A stretch of DNA of 8,003 nt from a virus (lineage: Duplodnaviria; Heunggongvirae; Uroviricota; Caudoviricetes): the IMG/VR virus record IMGVR_UViG_2660238346_000006, positions 1 through 8,003 of that record; one strand, written 5' to 3'. Numbering within the stretch: position 1 is the stretch's first letter; every line of letters begins with the position of its first letter. This document shows positions 1 through 5,815 of the stretch, piece after piece. The notes under the pieces are model-generated. The model saw only the letters and a program-made list of their open reading frames with translations. It did no database searches and was not told where the DNA came from. A program made the position numbers and the translations under genes.

Positions 1-67
1 CGCTTTACGTGCGACATATTCCCGTCCATGAACCCTTCACCACACCCCAAAGTTCACTTTGGTTATT

Positions 68-82
68 GCGCTTTGTCAGCGC
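68..82 (-). promoter_or_regulatory. Putative nutL boxB hairpin (P22-type, GACAA loop) on the leftward transcript
   Basis: Plus strand reads GCGCTTTGTCAGCGC, so the minus strand reads GCGCTGACAAAGCGC: a 5-bp GC stem with a GACAA loop, matching the P22-type boxB as I recall it. It lies left of the OL-like operators, where a pL transcript would carry nutL. Confidence 0.5.
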
Positions 83-149
83 CGTAGATTCATATTCGAA
101 TCGTTGTATATTCACCGCCCTGGTGAGTAGTGCGTCCTGCTGATGGGTG

Positions 150-270
150 AACTTTATCGGAATGATAAATTAATGGCAATAGCAAAATGATAAATTCTCT
201 TGGTTTTCAAATATCGTATTGATTCTTATGGTGTTTTATTTTGTTGTAGGAATTCGACAGGATAAATAAA
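150..270. promoter_or_regulatory. Putative OL/pL operator region with repeated TGATAAAT-type half-sites
   Basis: ATGATAAATT occurs at 162-171 and again at 187-196; TTTATC-N5-GATAAA inverted repeat at 154-170; GATAAAT at 261-267. The same motif family recurs in the cI/cro intergenic region (2621-2694). No sizeable ORF here. Confidence 0.45.
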
Positions 271-373
271 GAGATTTGAGGGAGATCTGGATTGCGTTGT
301 TTAGCAAGTTGTATCTATCAGTTTTTCAATAAATACAATCGATTATGTGTTTTTAGGTGGGCGAACGTGGGGC

Positions 374-399
374 AAAGAAAACCCGGCGCTGAGGCCGGG
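374..399 (-). terminator. Rho-independent terminator closing the leftward cI / toxin-antitoxin-chaperone operon
   Basis: Minus strand reads CCCGGC-CTCAGC-GCCGGG followed by TTTTCTTTG, starting about 10 nt after the stop of the SecB-like gene (409): GC-rich 6-bp stem, 6-nt loop, T-tract. Confidence 0.6.
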
Positions 400-408
400 T
401 GGGGAATT

Positions 409-813
409 TCACTTATTACTGTTCGTTTCCATGGGATTGGCCAAGAAATCAAAATAAGGCAGAGTGAACCTACCAAGGTTTGACATGAGGATAATTTGCT
501 CGGCATATGTTTTTATATAGGGATATGCCATATTGGGAGCAATGGACCTTACCTCATATGATTTTGCCATTTCATGAGAAAAATCATCTTCTGACCGGAA
601 GTCAAAGTCGTATGTGATGTCCATCTCAAGCCTGCCTTCAATAGTTACGGAGGCAAAATATCTCACTCTAAATAGCTTTGAATCCTTCACATTAGTGTAA
701 AGTTCATTATTTAGATTAACGGTTGTTTTTATGGATTTTTTTGCTGTTGAATCGCCTTCTAGCCGTGTCATAACCAAGCGTTCAACTTTTTTGCTAATGA
801 GTTCAATTTTCAT
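409..813 (-). CDS. SecB-like chaperone (third gene of the TAC-type module), 134 aa
   Basis: C-terminal segment APNMAYPYIKTYAEQIILMSNLGRFTLPYFDFLAN parallels the conserved E. coli SecB segment ([35 protein letters not shown], recalled from memory). Size is right for SecB-like chaperones. Start ATG overlaps the upstream antitoxin stop (ATGA at 810-813). Confidence 0.7.
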   Translation of the reverse strand: MKIELISKKVERLVMTRLEGDSTAKKSIKTTVNLNNELYTNVKDSKLFRVRYFASVTIEGRLEMDITYDFDFRSEDDFSHEMAKSYEVRSIAPNMAYPYIKTYAEQIILMSNLGRFTLPYFDFLANPMETNSNK

Positions 814-1466
814 GGTAATAATAAGTAATTTCCGTCAGAAGTCATTTCGTCATTCAGGTTGCTAGCCGCTGTGAAACTTGATGACAAGTTACTTATCAAA
901 GAAAAAACATTCCGTTTTTCTTTGCATTTGCCGTTACCCCTTACTGCGCTGAACAACATTTTTGAAAAGTAAGATTCTGTAGCCTTTTCAGCGAAATAAG
1001 CAGAAGGTGATGTGACGGCTGACTCACACCGAGCAATGACGCTAGTCATGGCTGTTTCTTCTTCCTCTGCGTCAACTAGGCTCCATTCAATTGCGCTCAT
1101 ATCTTGAATTAAGATATCTGCAGGAATTCCAAGTCCGTCATGTAGTCTACGGATCATTGAAAGACTTAATGGACGCTTACGATTTAAGACCTCAGATACT
1201 TTAGATGCTGAGCCAATGTATTGTTTCATATCGGCATAAGAGAGGCCTTGTTGATCCATACGGAACTTGATTGCTTCTATGGGATCTGGCTTGTCCATAG
1301 GGAACTCGCGTGACTCATAGTGCTCGATAAGCAAGCCTAGTAGTTCAAACTCATCAAAATCTTCAGTTCCAGGTTGTAAATCACTAGACGCAAGTTCAAT
1401 GAGCCTTTCCATAGCTGCAGCATGCTCTTCACTATTTTTAATGATGCGCCAGCTAGTTCGATTCAT
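810..1466 (-). CDS. higA: HigA-type antitoxin (XRE-family HTH) with ~90-aa C-terminal extension, putative chaperone-addiction region, 218 aa
   Basis: Residues ~95-130 (GSASKVSEVLNRKRPLSLSMIRRLHDGLGIPADILIQD) match the C-terminal HTH of E. coli HigA (GSKSMVSRVLSGKRKLTLEHAKKLATRFGISPALFID, recalled). The ORF then continues ~90 aa beyond where HigA normally ends. ATGA overlaps with higB upstream and the SecB-like gene downstream. Confidence 0.75.
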   Translation of the reverse strand: MNRTSWRIIKNSEEHAAAMERLIELASSDLQPGTEDFDEFELLGLLIEHYESREFPMDKPDPIEAIKFRMDQQGLSYADMKQYIGSASKVSEVLNRKRPLSLSMIRRLHDGLGIPADILIQDMSAIEWSLVDAEEEETAMTSVIARCESAVTSPSAYFAEKATESYFSKMLFSAVRGNGKCKEKRNVFSLISNLSSSFTAASNLNDEMTSDGNYLLLP

Positions 1467-1750
1467 TTAAGCCTCCACTTGTCGTACTCTGCATGAGTTC
1501 CAACTCTTTCAACTATGACCATTCCTGCCTGGTAAACAACTTGGACAACGAGCCGATAGTTATTGCCTTTTATATTAAAAATTACCCTGTTGTTAGGAAG
1601 GAAGTCGGCAGAATTAAATCTATTCCGTATGTCTTGAGTCGTTTTCCAGTTTTCTCTTATCACTTCATCATACCAAGAGTCTAAAGCCCCCTTGGCCTGA
1701 TTGTGCTTCTGGCTAAAACTGTGAAGCTTCTCTACGTTTAAGACCTTCAT
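1463..1750 (-). CDS. higB: HigB-family toxin (ribosome-dependent mRNA interferase, RelE superfamily), 95 aa
   Basis: FNIKGNNYRLVVQVVYQAGMVIVERVGTHAEYD aligns with E. coli K-12 HigB FNVGGNELRVVAMVFFESQKCYIREVMTHKEYD (recalled). Toxin-first gene order is typical of HigBA. Stop overlaps antitoxin start. Confidence 0.8.
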   Translation of the reverse strand: MKVLNVEKLHSFSQKHNQAKGALDSWYDEVIRENWKTTQDIRNRFNSADFLPNNRVIFNIKGNNYRLVVQVVYQAGMVIVERVGTHAEYDKWRLK

Positions 1751-1762
1751 AATCCGATTTTG

Positions 1763-1804
1763 TTCCCTCTTTGGGAATTATAGATTCATTTCCCATAAAG
1801 GGAA
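1763..1804. promoter_or_regulatory. Twin palindromes TTCCC-N5-GGGAA upstream of higB; candidate operator/promoter of the TAC module
   Basis: TTCCCTCTTTGGGAA at 1763-1777 and TTCCCATAAAGGGAA at 1790-1804 lie 13-54 bp upstream of the higB start, inside the 136-bp cI-higB intergenic gap. Type II antitoxins commonly autoregulate through palindromic operators. Confidence 0.45.
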
Positions 1805-1886
1805 TCTGTATTTTTATCCAGAAATGCTATGTACATCACCCAAACGTCTCTTCAGGCCACTGGTTACCAGCTATGTGACGATGAAG

Positions 1887-2591
1887 TCACGAACTTTTCA
1901 GCCACTCCCTTGCCTCGATGTCATCCAGATGGCGAGATTGCTTCAGAATACCAGCTACATACTCCACCTTTGCTACTTGATGATAAGGCAACGTTATAGG
2001 CCTGTGATCCTGGTTAATGCTTGTAAATTGGTATTCTCCATCTCTGTCATAGCCAAGAACCTTAATCATGTTGTGTCCTTCAACGGTTCTGACAAACACC
2101 TCATCACCCGGGAATACTTTGGTGTTAGGCTCAATGAGTACATATTCTCCTGATTTTATTCTGGGCCACATGCTGTCTCCTTTCACACGAAGACCAAAGG
2201 CATCTGGATCATCGCTATAAATTTTGAGCCACCCATCGCGCTCTTCGGTCATCTCGATGGCACCATCAACACCAAGAATTGCCTCACCAACCACGCGCAC
2301 TAACCCTTTTCTTACCTGACCGACAAAAGTTAAAGAATCTGAGAATGATGCAATTGGTGTTACATCATGTACCAAATCAAGCCACCCATTAGGTAACCCA
2401 AGCGCGGCTTCAAATTTTCTTGCTAGTTTATCCCCTATGTTTCGAGTGCTTTTTTCACCGGAGACTTGCGTGAGTTGAGAAGGGCTAACCCCAAGCTTAT
2501 CGGCAAAGCTTGCATTAGTGTTACCCGCGATTTTTTTATGCTCATCTAGCAAAAACGCCAGATTCGATTTGCGAATATCTTTGTTTTCCAT
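1887..2591 (-). CDS. cI: CI-like prophage repressor (N-terminal HTH, C-terminal S24/LexA-like autopeptidase), 234 aa
   Basis: HTH-like N-terminus (FADKLGVSPSQLTQVSG). C-terminal domain has the S24 catalytic-Ser motif (VKGDSMWPRIKSGEYVLIEP) and a downstream Lys (NMIKVL). Divergent from the cro-like gene across an operator-rich spacer. RBS GAGGGA upstream of ATG. Confidence 0.85.
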   Translation of the reverse strand: MENKDIRKSNLAFLLDEHKKIAGNTNASFADKLGVSPSQLTQVSGEKSTRNIGDKLARKFEAALGLPNGWLDLVHDVTPIASFSDSLTFVGQVRKGLVRVVGEAILGVDGAIEMTEERDGWLKIYSDDPDAFGLRVKGDSMWPRIKSGEYVLIEPNTKVFPGDEVFVRTVEGHNMIKVLGYDRDGEYQFTSINQDHRPITLPYHQVAKVEYVAGILKQSRHLDDIEAREWLKSS

Positions 2592-2704
2592 CTCACAATT
2601 TTCCCTCTATTTAGCAAATGGATAAATACGCAATATGATAAATTTACATTGCGGTTGATTTATCAAAATGGTAAAGTTGTTCTGTGTGATAAACGGAGGC
2701 ACTA
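2592..2704. promoter_or_regulatory. OR-type operator / divergent promoter region (PRM-like leftward, PR-like rightward)
   Basis: 113-bp spacer between divergent cI and cro-like genes containing GATAAAT (2621-2627), inverted TGATAAAT (2636-2643) and ATTTATCA (2658-2665), and TGATAAAC (2687-2694). Motif shared with the OL-like region at 154-267. Confidence 0.6.
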
Positions 2705-2938
2705 ATGAGTAATGAACTACTACGCTGGCGAAAAGAGGCTTCTAGCGAGGAATGGAAGCGACTCGCCGCATTAGCGAAAACTTCAGTTGGCTATCTTGAC
2801 CAGATTGCATATGGATTTCGAAGAGCTTCCCCTGATAAAGCGAATGCAATCGAAGAAGCTACTCGTAATTTCACGGGTTATAAACCTGTGAAAAAGGAAA
2901 ACCTAGTGTTCGTATCGCGTAGAGCATCGGCTGCATAA
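2705..2938 (+). CDS. cro: Cro-like small DNA-binding protein, 77 aa
   Basis: First rightward gene after the operator region, strong RBS (GGAGG) before ATG, small basic protein. Assignment is mainly positional; family membership not verifiable by eye. Confidence 0.6.
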   Translation: MSNELLRWRKEASSEEWKRLAALAKTSVGYLDQIAYGFRRASPDKANAIEEATRNFTGYKPVKKENLVFVSRRASAA

Positions 2939-2976
2939 GTAACACCGCTATTTTCACAATGGACATTCGTCCTACG

Positions 2977-2991
2977 TCGCTGACAAAGCGA
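2977..2991 (+). promoter_or_regulatory. Putative nutR boxB hairpin (GACAA loop), with possible boxA-like CGCTATTTT at 2946-2954
   Basis: TCGCTGACAAAGCGA: 5-bp stem with GACAA loop, near-identical to the minus-strand element at 68-82. Located between cro-like and cII, where lambdoid nutR sits. Confidence 0.5.
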
Positions 2992-3076
2992 GTCCCAATA
3001 TATCTGACCAACTAAGGCCATATGCGTTTCCACGCATACCTTTCAACTAACTATTCACTATTGGAAATATTAAGAA

Positions 3077-3442
3077 ATGACACAAACAAGTTACAGCAAA
3101 CTATCACAGCGTGACGTTGATCGCGCAGAAACAGATTTACTCATCAACCTATCAACGCTTACCCAGCGCGGTCTGGCAAAGATGATTGGCTGTCATGAAT
3201 CGAAGATAAGCAGAACGGACTGGAGACTTACCCAGCGCGGTCTGGCAAAGATGATTGGCTGTCATGAATCGAAGATAAGCAGAACGGACTGGAGATTTAT
3301 TGCTTCGGTCTTGTGTGCTTTCGGAATGGCATCAGACATCAGTCCGATTAGCAGGGCTTTTAAGTATGCGCTTGCTGAAATCACAAAGAAAAAACGCCCG
3401 GCGGCAACCGAGCGTTCTGAACAAATCCAGATGGAATTCTGA
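3077..3442 (+). CDS. cII: CII-like transcriptional activator carrying an in-frame 23-codon tandem duplication, 121 aa
   Basis: C-terminus [18 protein letters not shown] matches the lambda CII C-terminus as I recall it. Position between cro and O. Internal repeat [23 protein letters not shown] occurs twice consecutively. Confidence 0.85.
   Translation: MTQTSYSKLSQRDVDRAETDLLINLSTLTQRGLAKMIGCHESKISRTDWRLTQRGLAKMIGCHESKISRTDWRFIASVLCAFGMASDISPISRAFKYALAEITKKKRPAATERSEQIQMEF
3158..3295 (+). repeat. Perfect 69-bp direct tandem duplication (2 copies) inside cII
   Basis: 3158-3226 and 3227-3295 are identical (cttacccagcgcggtctggcaaagatgattggctgtcatgaatcgaagataagcagaacggactggaga). Flanking bases differ on both sides. 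69 bp = 23 codons, so the frame is preserved. Confidence 0.9.
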
Positions 3443-3474
3443 GGGAATTACTGGATCAATCCACAGGAGTAATT

Positions 3475-3621
3475 ATGACAAAACAACTCAGTCCTTACCA
3501 GGACAAAATTCACAAACACATACTACGTGATCGCTTCCTGTCCAGCTTCAAGCAGCCTGGTCGATTCCGGGCTGGGTTGGAAAAAGTGAAGCTGATGCAG
3601 AAGGAGAAAGGTCATGAGTAA
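3475..3621 (+). CDS. Small hypothetical protein (48 aa) between cII and O; below the ORF-track length cutoff
   Basis: ATG at 3475 preceded by GGAG (7-nt spacing); translates [48 protein letters not shown] with stop TAA 3619-3621, overlapping the O start. Hand-translated. Confidence 0.35.
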   Translation: MTKQLSPYQDKIHKHILRDRFLSSFKQPGRFRAGLEKVKLMQKEKGHE

Positions 3622-4519
3622 TCTTGCAACCGTAACACATTTAAGGCCTTCACAACGGCCTGTGGAGCGTCGTGTGGCAGAAGTTGAAGATGGTTATACC
3701 CGTCTTGCAAATGCCCTGTATGAAGAGCTTATCGGCGCAGATTTAACGAAAAATCAGAGCAAGGTTGCCCACGCCATATGCCGTAAAACATACGGCTACG
3801 GTAAAAAGATGGATCGCATCTCTGATAGTCAGTTAGCTCAAATTACCAGGCTGCCAAGACAGAAGGTAAACAAGGCCAAGAATGAGCTTATCGCGATGAA
3901 GGTTATCCTTCGCGAAGGCCAGCAAATCGGGCCTAACAAGAACATCGAGGAATGGCAAATCGAAGGGTGTCACTACTCTGGTGATAATGTCACTGCATTG
4001 GTGACAAAAAGTGTCACCAAAACGGTGACAGCGCTGTCACCAAAACAGGGACACACAAAAGAAACTATTACAAAAGAAAAAAGAAAAGATTATTCGTCCG
4101 AGAATTCTGGCGAATCCTCTGACCAGCCAGAAAACGATCTTTCTGTGGTTAAACCGGATGCTGCAATTCAGAGCGGCAGCAAGTGGGGAACAGCAGAAGA
4201 CCTGACCGCCGCAGAGTGGATGTTTGACATGGTGAAGACCATCGCACCATCAGCCAGAAAACCGAATTTTGCAGGGTGGGCTAACGATATCCGCCTGATG
4301 CGTGAACGTGACGGACGTAACCACCGCGATATGTGTGTGCTTTTCCGCTGGGCCTGCCAGGACAACTTCTGGTCCGGTAACGTGCTGAGTCCGGCCAAAC
4401 TCCGCGACAAGTGGACCCAGCTCGAAATCAACCGTAACAAGCAACAGGCAGGCGTGACAGCCAGCAAACCAAAACCCGACCTGACAAACACTGACTGGAT
4501 TTACGGGGTGGATTTATGA
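3614..4519 (+). CDS. O: Replication initiator protein O (lambda O family), 301 aa
   Basis: C-terminal half ([39 protein letters not shown]...[11 protein letters not shown]) matches lambda O as recalled. Contains iteron-like repeats plus an AT-rich tract mid-gene. Stop overlaps P start (ATGA). Confidence 0.9.
   Translation: MSNLATVTHLRPSQRPVERRVAEVEDGYTRLANALYEELIGADLTKNQSKVAHAICRKTYGYGKKMDRISDSQLAQITRLPRQKVNKAKNELIAMKVILREGQQIGPNKNIEEWQIEGCHYSGDNVTALVTKSVTKTVTALSPKQGHTKETITKEKRKDYSSENSGESSDQPENDLSVVKPDAAIQSGSKWGTAEDLTAAEWMFDMVKTIAPSARKPNFAGWANDIRLMRERDGRNHRDMCVLFRWACQDNFWSGNVLSPAKLRDKWTQLEINRNKQQAGVTASKPKPDLTNTDWIYGVDL
3968..4090. repeat. Putative replication origin: four iteron-like repeats with TGTCAC...GTGACA symmetry followed by an AT-rich tract, inside O
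   Basis: Repeats begin near 3968, 3989, 4012 and 4034 (about 21-23 bp apart): TGTCACtactctgGTGATA, TGTCACtgcattgGTGACA, TGTCACCaaaacGGTGACA, TGTCACCaaaacagGGACAC. Followed by an A-rich stretch 4055-4090 (acaaaagaaactattacaaaagaaaaaagaaaag). Same architecture as ori-lambda, different iteron sequence. Confidence 0.6.
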
Positions 4520-5217
4520 AAAACATCGCCGCACAGATGGTTAACTTTGACCGTGAGCAGATGCGTCGGATCGCCAACAACATGCCGGAACAGTACGACG
4601 AAAAGCCGCAGGTACAACAGGTAGCGCAGATCATCAACGGTGTGTTCAGCCAGTTACTGGCAACTTTCCCGGCGAGTCTGGCTAACCGGGACCAGAACGA
4701 ACTGAATGAAATCCGCCGCCAGTGGGTTCTGGCTTTCCGGGAAAACGGGATCACCTCGATGGAACAGGTTAACGCAGGAATGCGCGTAGCCCGTCGGCAG
4801 AATCGACCATTTCTTCCATCACCCGGGCAGTTTGTTGCATGGTGCCGGGAAGAAGCATCCGTTATCGCCGAACTGCCAAACGTCAGCGAGCTGGTTGATA
4901 TGGTTTACGAGTATTGCCGGAAGCGTGGCCTGTATCCGGATGCAGAGTCTTATCCGTGGAAATCAAACGCGCACTACTGGCTGGTTACCAACCTGTACCA
5001 GAACATGCGGGCCAATGCGCTGACTGACGCGGAATTACGGCGCAAGGCTGCCGATGAACTGACCTGTATGATAGCACGAATTAACCGTGGTGAGACGATA
5101 CCTGAACCAGTAAAACAACTTCCTGTCATGGGCGGCAGACCTCTAAATCGAGCACAGGCTCTGGCGAAGATCGCAGAAATTAAAGCTAAGTTCGGACTGA
5201 AAGGAGCAAGTGTATGA
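4516..5217 (+). CDS. P: Replication protein P (DnaB helicase loader), 233 aa
   Basis: Sequence [44 protein letters not shown]... is essentially lambda P as I recall it. Translationally coupled to O and ren. Confidence 0.9.
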   Translation: MKNIAAQMVNFDREQMRRIANNMPEQYDEKPQVQQVAQIINGVFSQLLATFPASLANRDQNELNEIRRQWVLAFRENGITSMEQVNAGMRVARRQNRPFLPSPGQFVAWCREEASVIAELPNVSELVDMVYEYCRKRGLYPDAESYPWKSNAHYWLVTNLYQNMRANALTDAELRRKAADELTCMIARINRGETIPEPVKQLPVMGGRPLNRAQALAKIAEIKAKFGLKGASV

Positions 5218-5504
5218 CGGGCAAAGAGGCAATTATTCATTACCTCGTGGCGCATAAGAACTTCTGTGCACAGGACGTTTCCGCGGTAACAGGCGCAACC
5301 GTAACCAGTATAAATCAGGCTGCGGCTAAAATGGCGCGGGCAGGAATCCTTGTCATTGATGGTAAGGTCTGGCGAACGGTGTATTACCGGTTTGCTACCA
5401 GGGAAGAACGGGAAGGAAAGGTGAGCACGAACCTGATTTTTAAGGAGTGTCGCCAGAGTGCAGTGATGAAACGGGTATTGGCGGTATATGGAGTTAAAAG
5501 ATGA
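5214..5504 (+). CDS. ren: Ren protein (lambda ren homolog), 96 aa
   Basis: MTGKEAIIHY...VTSINQAAAKMARAG...VWRTVYYRFATREEREGK...KRVLAVYGVKR closely matches lambda Ren (96 aa) as recalled. Start overlaps P stop. Confidence 0.85.
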   Translation: MTGKEAIIHYLVAHKNFCAQDVSAVTGATVTSINQAAAKMARAGILVIDGKVWRTVYYRFATREEREGKVSTNLIFKECRQSAVMKRVLAVYGVKR

Positions 5505-5528
5505 CCATCTACATCACTGAGCTTGTAA

Positions 5529-5560
5529 CAGGCCTGCTGGTAATCGCAGGCCTTTTTATT
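5529..5560 (+). terminator. Putative rho-independent terminator downstream of ren (tR2-like position)
   Basis: CAGGCCTGC-tggtaatc-GCAGGCCT followed by TTTTTATTT: GC-rich 8-9 bp stem and T-run. Lambda has tR2 just downstream of ren at the start of the nin region. Confidence 0.5.
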
Positions 5561-5589
5561 TGGGGAAGAGTAATTGGAGGCTTTAAGAA

Positions 5590-5805
5590 ATGAGTACGAT
5601 AGCTGAGCTTGTCAGGGCTAATTTTCGTGAAGAGTTGGTGCGTTGGTATCGGTATCGTTCATCGTCCAGTTTGCCGCTTGATGAGTTGTATGAGCATTCA
5701 CCTGCCGCACGACGCTATCCGCGTGACCGTGTTCTTCGACGGTTGTTCAAACTCAACAATGAGTTTCAGCGCAACAGAATTATCCGGAGTCTGGATTTAA
5801 AGTGA
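5590..5805 (+). CDS. Hypothetical nin-region protein, 71 aa
   Basis: ORF with GGAGG 9 nt upstream of ATG; charged, helix-like composition. Preferred over the overlapping alternate-frame ORF 5609-5800, which is Cys/hydrophobic-rich and lacks an RBS. No recognised family. Confidence 0.4.
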   Translation: MSTIAELVRANFREELVRWYRYRSSSSLPLDELYEHSPAARRYPRDRVLRRLFKLNNEFQRNRIIRSLDLK

Positions 5806-5815
5806 AGGAGTGAGC

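Noticed and set aside
292-506. ORFs 292-483 (+) and 318-506 (-), ~63 aa each
   Set aside because: They lie across the terminator hairpin and the operator-rich spacer, have no RBS or recognisable domain, and the minus one overlaps the 3-prime end of the SecB-like gene. Most likely spurious.
1875-1890. Inverted repeat GTGAC-gatgaa-GTCAC overlapping the cI stop codon
   Set aside because: Short stem with no downstream T-tract on the coding (minus) strand, so not a convincing terminator between cI and higB.
1493-2153. Plus-strand ORFs 1493-1684 and 1824-2153
   Set aside because: Antisense shadow frames inside higB and cI, both of which have strong homology support. Low-complexity products.
3158-3295. 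Possibility that the 69-bp repeats are a CRISPR array
   Set aside because: Only two directly adjacent copies with no spacer, in frame inside a coding gene. This is a tandem duplication, not a CRISPR array. No CRISPR-like arrays elsewhere in the window.
3300-3530. ORF 3300-3530 (+), 76 aa
   Set aside because: Out-of-frame overlap with the well-supported cII C-terminus. Arg/Ser-rich shadow-frame composition.
4168-5255. ORFs 4168-4491 (-), 4250-4444 (-), 4428-4754 (-), 4832-5023 (+), 4974-5255 (-)
   Set aside because: All lie inside O or P on the opposite strand or in an alternate frame. O and P are near-identical to known lambda proteins, so these are shadow ORFs.
5609-5800. ORF 5609-5800 (+), 63 aa, alternate frame to 5590-5805
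   Set aside because: No RBS and an odd Cys/hydrophobic composition. The overlapping 5590-5805 frame has a GGAGG RBS and a more protein-like sequence. Neither has homology support, so this choice is tentative.
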